Source: Microthrixaceae bacterium
GTDB taxonomy: Bacteria > Actinomycetota > Acidimicrobiia > Acidimicrobiales > Microtrichaceae
Assembly: GCA_020027475.1 (NCBI GenBank)
Contig: JAHRAZ010000118.1
Span: 24,929-88,928, forward strand
DNA: 64,000 bases
Reading direction: 5' to 3'
In this document: positions 29,014-38,172 of the stretch, piece by piece
Layout of the letters: each line of letters starts with the position of its first letter
Numbering within the stretch: position 1 is the stretch's first letter
Notes under the pieces: model-generated
Told to the model about the DNA's origin: nothing
Databases searched by the model: none
What the model saw: the letters and a program-made list of their open reading frames with translations, nothing else
Translations under genes and position numbers: made by a program

Positions 29014-31563
29014 ATGAGCAATGCAGATGCCCACCGGCTTCCAACGGGAGTGATTCCGTCGCACTACGAACTGGATCTCACCCCCGACCTGGAGGGGAGC
29101 TCCTTCAGCGGTTCGGTGACCATCTCGATGGAGATCCTCGACTCCACCGACAGCATCTTGTTGCATGCCCTGGATCTCGACATCCACACCGCAACGCTGA
29201 CGACCGAACGGGATGGCATCACGGCTGAAACCGAGGTTGTGCTCACCGTCGAGGAAGACACCGAGATGGTGAGGCTCAAGTGCCCCGAGGTGCTCGAAGC
29301 CGGAGCGGCCGAGCTGCATTTCGAGTTCAGCGGTGAACTCAATGACCAGCTCGTCGGCTTCTACCGATCCACGATGACGGTGGACGGAACCGAGCACAGG
29401 ATCGCCGTGACCCAGTTCGAATCCACTCACGCACGTCGCGCTTTTCCGTGTTTCGACGAGCCCGAATTCAAGGCTACGTTCGGGATCACACTCACGGTAC
29501 CCGGCAACCTGCTGGCAGTTTCGAATGCGGCCGAGGTGTCTCGATCGCAAGAGGGGCGATCACGAGGGGAAGACCGCACCCGCATCACATTCGCCGACAC
29601 CATGCCAATGTCGACATACCTCGTGGCGTTCGTGATCGGGCCACTGGAAGTCACCGAGCCCCGTTTGATCGCCGGAGTGGCCGCCAACATTGCGCTGCGG
29701 GTGATTCACCCGCCGGGAATGGGTCACCTCAGCGAGTTCGCCCTGGAGGTTGCAGACGCGGCCACGCGATTCTTCGAGGGCTACTACGAGATTCCCTATC
29801 CCGGAGACAAGATCGATCTCGTGGCGGTACCCGACTTCGCGTTCGGGGCAATGGAGAACCTCGGCTGCATCACGTTCCGCGAGGTCCTGCTGCTGGTGGA
29901 CCCGGCAACCGCCACCAAGATGGAACTCCAGCGGGTCGCCGACGTGATCAACCATGAACTCGCGCACATGTGGTTCGGTGATCTCGTCACCATGAAATGG
30001 TGGAACGGGATCTGGCTCAACGAAGCGTTTGCCACCTTCATGGAAACCTCCGCTTCGGATGCATTCAACCCCGACTGGGACGTCTGGACCAACTTCGGAT
30101 TGGCCCGCGCTGCCGCCTTTGACACCGACTCCCTGCACTCCACGCGACCGATCGAATACGAAGTGATCACCGCTGCGGACTCCGAGGGGATGTTCGACAT
30201 CCTCACCTACGAGAAGGGCTGCGGAGTTGTCCGCATGCTCGAGCAGTACTTGGGTCCGGACACCTTCCGAAACGGAATCCGGGCGTACCTGCGGGACAAC
30301 TCGTATGGGAACACTGAAACCACAGACTTGTGGGATTCACTGGAGGCTGTCAGCGGCGAACCGGTTCGCCGAATCATGGATTCGTGGATCTTCCAGGGGG
30401 GACATCCACAGGTCGATGTCAGTCTGGACAACGGAATCGTCACGCTTGACCAACGCCGGGCCCTGCTCACCCCGGATGCGACCGGGGAGCGCCCGGGCGG
30501 CACCGAATACCCGACGTGGTCGATTCCGATGGTGCTGCAAACGACAAACAGCGGCGGCGACAAGTCGACACTGCGGATCCTTCAGGAGGAACCAACCAGT
30601 CTGGAAGTGGATCCGGAAACTGTGACGGTGCAGGCCAACGCGGGCGGCAACGGTTTCTACCGTTCGCTGACGGGTCAGGAAATGCGCATGAACCTCGCCA
30701 GGGGTGAGACTTCGGCCGTCGAGCGCTTCGTGCTCCTCGATGATTCGGCCTTCGCCCTCATGAGCGGGCAGATCGGGATTGCGGAGCTGACCACAGTGGT
30801 GGGAGTGGTCGCCGAATCGGAAACGAGTCCGGCGATCTGGCGACGTATCGCAGGGATCGCGGACCAACTCGTGAGATTGACGATCGGTGACAAGCGACAC
30901 CAGATTCGGGACTGGGCTGTGAATCTGGCCATCGATGCCCGACCGAAGTTCGCAGACGCTCACGCCGCCAGTGGTGACGAGGCCGAAGTCATTGCGGTGT
31001 TGTTGAACATCAGCGGGGTCACCGCCGCTGACGAAATCGCCCGGAGCATCGCCCGTGATCTCGTCGATGCACCTGACGTGGATCCCTCCATCACCGCCTC
31101 CGCCCTCAAAGTGATCGCCACTTCGGCATCGGCGGACGAACACGCGGACATCGAAGACCGATGGCGCAACCCGGAGAATCCGCAGGCCGAGCAACGGGCT
31201 CTGGGGGCTCTTGTGGCCACCGGAAACCCCGACCTGTTCAAAGGGGCCCTGAACCTTGCCGCCGATGAGGTACGTAGCCAGGATGCTCCCTACATGCTGC
31301 GGCAGGCTCTGGCGAACCTGGAACTTGGTGCAACGGCATGGGACAACATCGAGACGAGCTGGGATCTGTACAACGAGCGCTTCCCGGCCTCGGCATTACC
31401 CCGGATGCTGGAGGGCATCAGGAACTTCACCGATCCCGACCTCGCGGCTCGCGTGGAGAAGTTCCTCTCTGCTCACCCGCTCCCCGCGGGCGACAAACAG
31501 GTTGCTCAACACCGCGAGTGGATGGCCGCCAACGTGGTTACGGCCGCTCGACTGCGCGCCTGA
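29014..31563 (+). CDS. pepN: Aminopeptidase N (M1 family)
   Basis: FGAMENLG exopeptidase motif and HELAHMWFGDLV...WLNEAF zinc motif. 849 aa. Confidence 0.95.
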   Translation: MSNADAHRLPTGVIPSHYELDLTPDLEGSSFSGSVTISMEILDSTDSILLHALDLDIHTATLTTERDGITAETEVVLTVEEDTEMVRLKCPEVLEAGAAELHFEFSGELNDQLVGFYRSTMTVDGTEHRIAVTQFESTHARRAFPCFDEPEFKATFGITLTVPGNLLAVSNAAEVSRSQEGRSRGEDRTRITFADTMPMSTYLVAFVIGPLEVTEPRLIAGVAANIALRVIHPPGMGHLSEFALEVADAATRFFEGYYEIPYPGDKIDLVAVPDFAFGAMENLGCITFREVLLLVDPATATKMELQRVADVINHELAHMWFGDLVTMKWWNGIWLNEAFATFMETSASDAFNPDWDVWTNFGLARAAAFDTDSLHSTRPIEYEVITAADSEGMFDILTYEKGCGVVRMLEQYLGPDTFRNGIRAYLRDNSYGNTETTDLWDSLEAVSGEPVRRIMDSWIFQGGHPQVDVSLDNGIVTLDQRRALLTPDATGERPGGTEYPTWSIPMVLQTTNSGGDKSTLRILQEEPTSLEVDPETVTVQANAGGNGFYRSLTGQEMRMNLARGETSAVERFVLLDDSAFALMSGQIGIAELTTVVGVVAESETSPAIWRRIAGIADQLVRLTIGDKRHQIRDWAVNLAIDARPKFADAHAASGDEAEVIAVLLNISGVTAADEIARSIARDLVDAPDVDPSITASALKVIATSASADEHADIEDRWRNPENPQAEQRALGALVATGNPDLFKGALNLAADEVRSQDAPYMLRQALANLELGATAWDNIETSWDLYNERFPASALPRMLEGIRNFTDPDLAARVEKFLSAHPLPAGDKQVAQHREWMAANVVTAARLRA

Positions 31564-31565
31564 AT

Positions 31566-32651
31566 TCATCTGTGTGGAACAGGCTCGAGCCAGCGGCCGT
31601 GGTAATCCGCGTGCGCAACCAGGACGTCCCGACCGTCCGGCCAGCGCCGAACACGAATTGCCGCACGGCGCCTGTCCCACTCGTCGGGTTCATAACGAAT
31701 CCAGGCCAGTGGGTGATCGGGAGTTGCCCGGCTTGCGGCCGCTTCGATCGCTTCGGTGATCCTCCACCTCTGTTCTGTGGGAATGTATTGCCACGTGATC
31801 GAGTGCTGGATGATCGTGGACACAGGCCGCCCCGATTCGGTCTCCCCCGATTCACTTCTGCGGAGTTCGACATCGAGGCTCTCAGCGGTGTCAGCCGCTT
31901 TCACGAGTCGGACCGGACTCTCCCTGGCGATCTCGAGCACGGCTCTGGTGCGCGCAAGACGTTCCGTCTGGTCGGGCCAGAGGAAACAGAGGAGCGTGAG
32001 TGCGCCCTCAGCCGTTGAGGCGTCCACGGGATGCGGATCGATTCCGATCAGCTCGGTTGGGACCGGTAGTTCTCCCTTCTCCTCCAGCGGGGACCGCAGG
32101 TCCGGGCGGAGATGAACGACACCGGCTTCCTCGCCGAACCGGGCCACTCCCAGATCGATCCGGAATCGGTTGAGGTGCAGGTTCAGTCCACCGGCCGAAC
32201 CGAGTTCGATGATCCGGGCCACCGGCATGTCTGCCACCAGTTGCGCCAGACAGAGCCCCGAAGACCTGCCGACCTCGTTGGTCTGGAGCTCTCTGTCGAG
32301 TCCCTGCACGATTTCGGAGATGTGAGCGGTGAGAAGATCACTCCAGAGCGCTTCCAGTTCGCCATCGGTTGAAGGAATTGCTCCGCCGCAGCTCGGAAGA
32401 GCCGTCGCCCAGGACTCAGCTCTTCCCGACAGGGCAAGGCGGTGGGCGGCTCCCACCATGCGCAACGGTCCCGCCTGACCGAATCTCAGGTCGGATCGTC
32501 GTTCCATCGCCTCCCAGGACCGGCCACCGGCGCGAATGTCCATCGCGATGATCCGCAGGAGTCTCCCGTAGAGGTCAGAGCCGAGTTCAGCACACGCCAG
32601 AGCCTGCTGATCGAAACGGTCGGCCCACAGGCCGCGAAGATCATCGGGCAA
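31566..32651 (-). CDS. DUF2332-like protein of unknown function
   Basis: The region ...ACAELGSDLYGRLL...LRMVGAAHRLALSGRAESW...PSCGG... fits my recollection of DUF2332. There is no ATG near the 5' end. The TTG at 32651 overlaps the BVMO stop. The upstream part of the track ORF lies inside the BVMO gene. Confidence 0.55.
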   Translation of the reverse strand: MPDDLRGLWADRFDQQALACAELGSDLYGRLLRIIAMDIRAGGRSWEAMERRSDLRFGQAGPLRMVGAAHRLALSGRAESWATALPSCGGAIPSTDGELEALWSDLLTAHISEIVQGLDRELQTNEVGRSSGLCLAQLVADMPVARIIELGSAGGLNLHLNRFRIDLGVARFGEEAGVVHLRPDLRSPLEEKGELPVPTELIGIDPHPVDASTAEGALTLLCFLWPDQTERLARTRAVLEIARESPVRLVKAADTAESLDVELRRSESGETESGRPVSTIIQHSITWQYIPTEQRWRITEAIEAAASRATPDHPLAWIRYEPDEWDRRRAAIRVRRWPDGRDVLVAHADYHGRWLEPVPHR

Positions 32652-34164
32652 CGGGCATGCTGTCTTCGACTCGAGGAGAAGCTTTGGCCCGCTCGAAGTT
32701 CCAGTCCGACCAGCGCGGATTGTTGAGCCGCTTCCGGTACTCGGTGGTATGTCCGATCCAGTTGTTGGTGATTCGCCCGGAATCCGTCTTGTACCAGGAG
32801 TCACAATCGGTGGCCCACACAGTTTGAGCCGAACGACGGACCATCTCGTCATCCCAGCGTCGCATCGCTGGTTCGGAAACCTCGAGGGAATCACATTCGA
32901 GCTCGGTCAGCTGTTCGAGGGCGGCAAGGACGTAACCCACCTGCTGTTCGATCATGAACAGGATCGAGTTGTGACCAAGATTCGAGTTCGGTCCGTAAAG
33001 CAGAAACATGTTCGGGAATCCCGTTACGGCCAACGACATGTAGGCAACTGCTCCGTCGGCCCAGACCTTGTTGAGATCAGCTCCATCCCTGCCGGTGACC
33101 ACCATCGGCGTGAGGAAGTCAGTGGACTTGAATCCTGTGCCGAGGATGAGAGTGTCGGCTTCAAACGTGGAGCCATCGGCCGTCACGATGTGATTGGCCT
33201 CAACATGGTCAACCGGGTCGGTTACGACCGACACGTTGGGTCGTTTCAGGGCCGGGTACCAGTCGTTCGAAAGGAGTATTCGCTTGCAGCCGGGTTGATA
33301 GTCGGGTGCCAGAGCATCCAGGGAGAGGTTCTCATCCACCAACGATTCGATCTCTTCGCGGAACTTCTTCTGGTAGTACCTGCCGATCACGGACTTCCGC
33401 CGCATCACAGCGAATCGGGCCTCCAACCGCCAGTAGGTCCATTGCCTATATGCCTCGCGGACGCCCGGGATTCTCCGAAATGCGGTGAGTTCCCAGTCCT
33501 TGAACTCGCGGTCGGCCTTCGGCCCCACGTAGTTGGCGGATCGCTGGAACAAAGTGAGCTGTTCAGCCTGCTCGGCCACCGGAGGGACGAATTGGATGGC
33601 TGACGCACCGATGCCGATCACCGCAACCCGCTCCCCACGCAGGACATGGTCGTGATTCCAGCGAGCCGAGTGGAACATCTCACCGGTGAACCCGGACAGC
33701 CCCCTGACGTCGGGGATGTTGGGCACACTGAGTTGGCCAAGTCCGTTGACCACAACCTGTGCTTCGATCTCGTCTCCGGTGGTGGTCAATATCGACCACC
33801 TGGAACGGTCCCCGCTCCAGGTGAGGCTCGACACCTCGGTGTTCAGCCGCAGGTGACGTGAAAGTGAGAACCGGTCGACCATCGACTCGAAGTAGCTGAG
33901 AATCTCCGGCTGTTTGGCCCACTTGCGGCTCCAGGCAGCATTCGGGAAGAACGAGAAGCTGTACAGGTGTGACGGCACGTCGCAAGCCGAGTCCGGATAG
34001 GTGTTGTCCCGCCAAGTCCCGCCGACCCCGTCGGACTTGTCGATCACCAGGAAGTCCCGAATACCCTCCTGGGCCATCCTGGCCGCCATTGCCAGACCCG
34101 CGGCGCCTGCTCCCACCACCACGACCCGGAAGTGCTGCGGTTGCTGTCGGGAATCCTCCGCCAT
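32641..34164 (-). CDS. Flavin-dependent Baeyer-Villiger-type monooxygenase
   Basis: VVVVGAGAAGLAMA (FAD), the BVMO fingerprint FTGEMFHSARW (FxGxxxHxxxW), and VAVIGIGASAIQ (NADP). ATG at 34162-34164. Confidence 0.85.
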   Translation of the reverse strand: MAEDSRQQPQHFRVVVVGAGAAGLAMAARMAQEGIRDFLVIDKSDGVGGTWRDNTYPDSACDVPSHLYSFSFFPNAAWSRKWAKQPEILSYFESMVDRFSLSRHLRLNTEVSSLTWSGDRSRWSILTTTGDEIEAQVVVNGLGQLSVPNIPDVRGLSGFTGEMFHSARWNHDHVLRGERVAVIGIGASAIQFVPPVAEQAEQLTLFQRSANYVGPKADREFKDWELTAFRRIPGVREAYRQWTYWRLEARFAVMRRKSVIGRYYQKKFREEIESLVDENLSLDALAPDYQPGCKRILLSNDWYPALKRPNVSVVTDPVDHVEANHIVTADGSTFEADTLILGTGFKSTDFLTPMVVTGRDGADLNKVWADGAVAYMSLAVTGFPNMFLLYGPNSNLGHNSILFMIEQQVGYVLAALEQLTELECDSLEVSEPAMRRWDDEMVRRSAQTVWATDCDSWYKTDSGRITNNWIGHTTEYRKRLNNPRWSDWNFERAKASPRVEDSMPVAR

Positions 34165-34186
34165 GTGGTTCAGAGTAGACCGGAGT

Positions 34187-35140
34187 TCATCTTGGCGTGC
34201 CCGGGAACAAACCAGCTCGCGAAAGCAGTCCCGGCACCTCGTGGCCGATGAGCTCATCGGTCTGCATCCATTCCACAGACTCGATCAGGGTCCCCAGGTC
34301 GATACCGGTGGAGAAACCCATGCGCTCCAGCATGTAGGCCACGTCTTCAGTGGGAACGTTGCCGGTGGCGTTGGGCGCGAACGGGCAACCGCCGATGCCG
34401 CCAAGGGAGGCGTCCACCACCCGAATTCCCTCCTCCACTGCCGCAGCCACATTGGCGATCCCGGTGTTTCGCGTGTTGTGGAAATGCACTCGCAGATCCT
34501 GTTGGGTGCCGGCGCTTGCAAGTGCTGCGCGGGCGGCATCGACGCGCCGGCGAACATCAGTGGGTGACGCAACACCAATCGAGTCGGCCAATGCAATCTC
34601 CACGCCTCCCATCGCCGCACAACGTTCGACAACTTCGGTGAGTCGATCCACGGAAATCTCCCCCTCGTACGGGCAGCCGAAGCTGGCGGCAAGAGTCACG
34701 CTGGCCGGGACGCCTGCATCCGCCGCTGCGGATGCGATCTCGCCCCACACCTTGATGCCCGTGGCCGTGTCGGTTCCCTGGTTCTTCTCGCTGAACGTGT
34801 CGCTGATCACCACCACTGCGTTGACCTCATCACATCCGGCGGCAAGCGCCCGGTCCAGACCGCGACGGTTCAGCACCAGGCCGATGAAGGACGCTTCGGC
34901 CATCGCAGACCCGGCACCGGCGAGGGTTCTCCGAGCCCGCAGCTCAGCCATCAGGTCGTCGGCGTCAGCCATCTGGGGCACCCGTTCGGGATTCACGAAG
35001 CTGGTTGCCTCGATCCTGCGGACACCGGCGCTGACGAGCCTCTGGATCAATGAGAGCTTGGCAGCCGTGGAGACCACTGCACCATCACTCTGGAGACCAT
35101 CGCGGGGTGCCACGTCAACGATCGTGATCGAATCAGCCAT
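34187..35140 (-). CDS. Hydroxymethylglutaryl-CoA lyase family (HMGL-like) protein
   Basis: IVDVAPRDGLQ and HFHNTRNTGIANVAAAVEEG metal-binding pattern. ATG at 35138-35140. Confidence 0.85.
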   Translation of the reverse strand: MADSITIVDVAPRDGLQSDGAVVSTAAKLSLIQRLVSAGVRRIEATSFVNPERVPQMADADDLMAELRARRTLAGAGSAMAEASFIGLVLNRRGLDRALAAGCDEVNAVVVISDTFSEKNQGTDTATGIKVWGEIASAAADAGVPASVTLAASFGCPYEGEISVDRLTEVVERCAAMGGVEIALADSIGVASPTDVRRRVDAARAALASAGTQQDLRVHFHNTRNTGIANVAAAVEEGIRVVDASLGGIGGCPFAPNATGNVPTEDVAYMLERMGFSTGIDLGTLIESVEWMQTDELIGHEVPGLLSRAGLFPGTPR

Positions 35141-35214
35141 GTCGCAACGGTACTCGCCGCCGAATCGTTTCAACTCAGGGCGGAAAGCAGCTCAACCCAG
35201 GTATCGTCAGCGCC

Positions 35215-36216
35215 ATGCGCAAGCTGATTCGTGCCGGGCTTCAAGTGCCGTTCTTCTCGATTCCGACCGTTGGCGCGGAGCGGATTTTCGAACACACTGC
35301 TTCAATCGCGCAGTGCGCAGACCAGGAGGGATTCGACGCACTGTTCGTGATGGACCACTTCTTCCAGTTGCCATTTCTCGGCGGACCAACCGAACCGATG
35401 CTGGAGGGCTACTCTCTCCTCTCGGCTTTGGCTGCGCGCACCAGATCAGTCCGTCTGGGGACCCTTGTAACCGGAGTCACCTACCGGAATCCTGCACTTC
35501 TGGCGAAGACCATCACCACGCTTGACGTGATCTCGGGTGGCAGGGCAATCGCCGGCCTCGGGGCAGCCTGGTACGAAGAGGAACACAAGGCGTTTGGTTA
35601 CGACTTCCCGCCGACGGCCAAACGCTTCGAACTCCTTGAGAACACCGTGGACATCATCAAGGCGATGTTCCACGGCGAAACCGAATTCTCGGGACCGGCG
35701 GCGAGTATTTCGGGTGCCCACAACGTGCCGGGACCACTGTCCCAGAATGGTCCGCCAGTTCTGATCGGCGGTGCCGGCGAGCGTCGAACCCTCCCCTTGG
35801 CAGCCAAACGGGCCGACGCATCCAACCTCAACTGCACCATTGGCGAAGTGCCACGAAGACTCGCCGTGCTCCGGGATTGCCTGAAGGCCGAGGGTCGCGA
35901 TCGGGACTCACTGAACGTTACGCTCCTGTGCTCGGTTGTCACTGCAGACACCGACTCCGATGCCGAGGAGAAGTTTCGGGCAATGGCGGCTGAGCACGGC
36001 ACGGATCCCGGATTGCTCGACAATCCAGAGGTACGGGGCGCCTTCCTGGACCGGATGATGGTTGGTTGCATCGACAAGGTCGGCGGGCAGATGAGCTCGC
36101 TGTGTGGTCCCGATGGCCTTGACGGAATCATTGCCATGCTCCCCGCTGACGCGTCCGACCCCGCAGGTCCCACCCTGTTGGCAAAGGTATTTCGTTCTGC
36201 CGGCCTCATGGATTGA
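35215..36216 (+). CDS. Luciferase-like (LLM class) oxidoreductase, probably F420-dependent
   Basis: The pattern FDALFVMDHFFQLP...GTLVTGVTYRNPALLAK...ISGGRAIAGLGAAWYEEEH matches LLM F420-type oxidoreductases. Confidence 0.75.
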   Translation: MRKLIRAGLQVPFFSIPTVGAERIFEHTASIAQCADQEGFDALFVMDHFFQLPFLGGPTEPMLEGYSLLSALAARTRSVRLGTLVTGVTYRNPALLAKTITTLDVISGGRAIAGLGAAWYEEEHKAFGYDFPPTAKRFELLENTVDIIKAMFHGETEFSGPAASISGAHNVPGPLSQNGPPVLIGGAGERRTLPLAAKRADASNLNCTIGEVPRRLAVLRDCLKAEGRDRDSLNVTLLCSVVTADTDSDAEEKFRAMAAEHGTDPGLLDNPEVRGAFLDRMMVGCIDKVGGQMSSLCGPDGLDGIIAMLPADASDPAGPTLLAKVFRSAGLMD

Positions 36217-36252
36217 GCTTCGCCAAACGCGAAGGCCCCCGAACACCGAGGC

Positions 36253-37470
36253 TCAGTCAGCACCGTTTCCGAAGGCCACCGCAACCGCCGCGTGAACTGC
36301 GATTCCCGCAGCCATGGAAGGTTCATCCAGAATCATTCGGTTCGAGTGGCAACTGGGAGCAGAGAACGGATCCGGGTTCTCCGCAGGACAGGCCCCAAGG
36401 AAGACCATCGCCCCGGGAATCCTGTTGAGCACGTAGGAAAAGTCCTCCGCTCCCATCACGGGAGCGGGAATCTGGAAGAACTTGCCCTGGCCGATCGCAG
36501 CCTCTGTGGCTTTCTGGGCGAACTCGACAAAACCCTGGTTGTTCGTGGTTACTGGATACCCCTCTGCGATATTCACTTCCACGTCGCAGCCGTGAGCAGA
36601 AGCCACACCCTCGGCAACCCGCTTGATCGACGTCCAGACGTCGTGACGCACAGACTCGTCCACGGTGCGCAGGGTCCCCGACAATCGCGCGGTTTCAGGG
36701 ATCACGTTGTGGGTGGTGCCGGCCGAGATCTGCGCCACGGTGAGAACCGCGGGATTGAAGGCATCCACAGAGCGCGTGATCATCGCCTGCAGGGCCGTCA
36801 CGATCTCGCATGCAACCGGTATCGGATCGGTGGCCCAGTGCGGGGTGGAGGCATGACCGCCCTTGCCGATTATCCGGATGTGGAACTCATCGGCAGCTGC
36901 CAACAAAGGTCCCGGCCTCGAGGCGATGAGACCCGGGAACAGATTGGGAGCCACGTGAATCGCAAAGGCGGCGTCAACACCATCGAGAACACCCTCGTCG
37001 ATCATCAGCGCTGCGCCACCGTCATGCTCCTCGCCCGGCTGGAACATGAACCGGACACGTCCGCACAGATCCACCCGATTGTCCACCAGCAGTTTGGCCG
37101 CACCTACCAACATCGCGGTGTGGGCATCGTGGCCACAGGAGTGCATCCGGTCATCGTGACGGGACTTGAACTCGACTCCAGTGTCTTCGTGCATCGGCAG
37201 CGCGTCCATGTCACCACGCAACAGGATGGTTGGACCCGCCCTACCCGTGTCCAGGTCCGCAACCACGGAACTGAGGCCGGTTCCGATACTCACTTCCAGT
37301 CCGAGGCCATCGAGACTCTCCAGGACGGCCGCCTGGGTCAGCGGGAGTTCCAGCCCGAGTTCCGGCTCTTGGTGGATGCGACGCCGCAGAGCGACGATTT
37401 CGGGAAGCTGATCCTGCGCTGCGGAAAGCAGATCCGACAGGGCCGGCTGAAGGTCTTCGAGTGATGTCAT
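36253..37470 (-). CDS. M20D-family amidohydrolase (aminoacylase / hippurate hydrolase-like)
   Basis: IHQEPELG and MHSCGHDAHTAML motifs. The ATG at 37468-37470 overlaps the YhhN stop (ATGA). The ~190-aa N-terminal part of the 598-aa track ORF is an out-of-frame read through the upstream gene. Confidence 0.85.
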   Translation of the reverse strand: MTSLEDLQPALSDLLSAAQDQLPEIVALRRRIHQEPELGLELPLTQAAVLESLDGLGLEVSIGTGLSSVVADLDTGRAGPTILLRGDMDALPMHEDTGVEFKSRHDDRMHSCGHDAHTAMLVGAAKLLVDNRVDLCGRVRFMFQPGEEHDGGAALMIDEGVLDGVDAAFAIHVAPNLFPGLIASRPGPLLAAADEFHIRIIGKGGHASTPHWATDPIPVACEIVTALQAMITRSVDAFNPAVLTVAQISAGTTHNVIPETARLSGTLRTVDESVRHDVWTSIKRVAEGVASAHGCDVEVNIAEGYPVTTNNQGFVEFAQKATEAAIGQGKFFQIPAPVMGAEDFSYVLNRIPGAMVFLGACPAENPDPFSAPSCHSNRMILDEPSMAAGIAVHAAVAVAFGNGAD

Positions 37471-38099
37471 GCGGTGCCCAGGAGGCTGAGAACGATGGCT
37501 ATTTGAGCCAGGTGGTAGCTCACCATTATGTACACCCGGCCGTTGGGGATGTCCTTGACGAACCTGGTCCAGCCGATCAGCGAGTCGGACAGGCAGAACA
37601 GGGTTGCGCCAACCATCGCCGCGGGCCGGAAGGTGCCAATGGCGAACATGAACATCACCGAGATCGCCGTGATGTACATAGCCACCGGCACACCGAGGGA
37701 TCGGTTGGACTCCGCTGCGCCCGTCACAATCCTCACCCCGAGGCGACGGAAAACGATCACCGCTATCAACAGGCCGGCTATGAACGGCAAACCGATGATC
37801 CCCATCAGAATGAACCCGAGAGCGTAGAAAAGGTGTGCGACCAGGAAGGCAGCGAGTCCGGGAACGAACTTGTCCTTCAGCATGAGGAAGACATCGCCAA
37901 CGAGCGAAGCCACAAGGCCCGCCAGGATGAGCGGTCGTGCAGCGTCCGGGTCGGGCGCGCTCATGGCCACAGCGGCGGCGATCAGTATCACCATCACCAG
38001 CGGCTTGAATACGTACTCGGCGCGTCGGTTCTCGGTGTAAACCGCCCACCAGTCGCCGACGGCCACCAGCAGCGCGAGACCGATCAGGGAATAGAACAT
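37467..38099 (-). CDS. YhhN-family (lysoplasmalogenase-like) integral membrane protein
   Basis: 210 aa with about 7-8 TM helices. The GDWW...FKPL...GDVFLM pattern is typical of YhhN/TMEM86. Confidence 0.7.
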   Translation of the reverse strand: MFYSLIGLALLVAVGDWWAVYTENRRAEYVFKPLVMVILIAAAVAMSAPDPDAARPLILAGLVASLVGDVFLMLKDKFVPGLAAFLVAHLFYALGFILMGIIGLPFIAGLLIAVIVFRRLGVRIVTGAAESNRSLGVPVAMYITAISVMFMFAIGTFRPAAMVGATLFCLSDSLIGWTRFVKDIPNGRVYIMVSYHLAQIAIVLSLLGTA

Positions 38100-38172
38100 G
38101 ATCAGCCAGTGTGGACCAAGTGCGGCGTCCGGCGACAGTCGAAGGTGTGCCCGGTCTACTCGATTGTGCCGA

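Noticed and set aside
30337-31194. 285-aa minus-strand ORF
   Set aside because: It lies antisense to pepN.
34350-35525. 391-aa plus-strand ORF
   Set aside because: It lies antisense to the HMGL-like lyase and out of frame with the LLM gene. The translation is Ala/Ser/Arg-rich and low-complexity.
36218-36234. 6-bp stem hairpin (cttcgc caaac gcgaag) between the convergent LLM and M20 genes
   Set aside because: The stem is too short and there is no U-tract. I am not confident enough to list it as a terminator.
36253-38049. 598-aa track ORF suggesting a very long M20 protein; also the antisense ORFs 36292-37464 and 37461-38297
   Set aside because: The N-terminal ~190 aa is an Arg/Gly/His-rich out-of-frame read through the YhhN gene. 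The M20 domain starts cleanly at the ATG at 37470, which overlaps the YhhN stop. The plus-strand ORFs are shadows.
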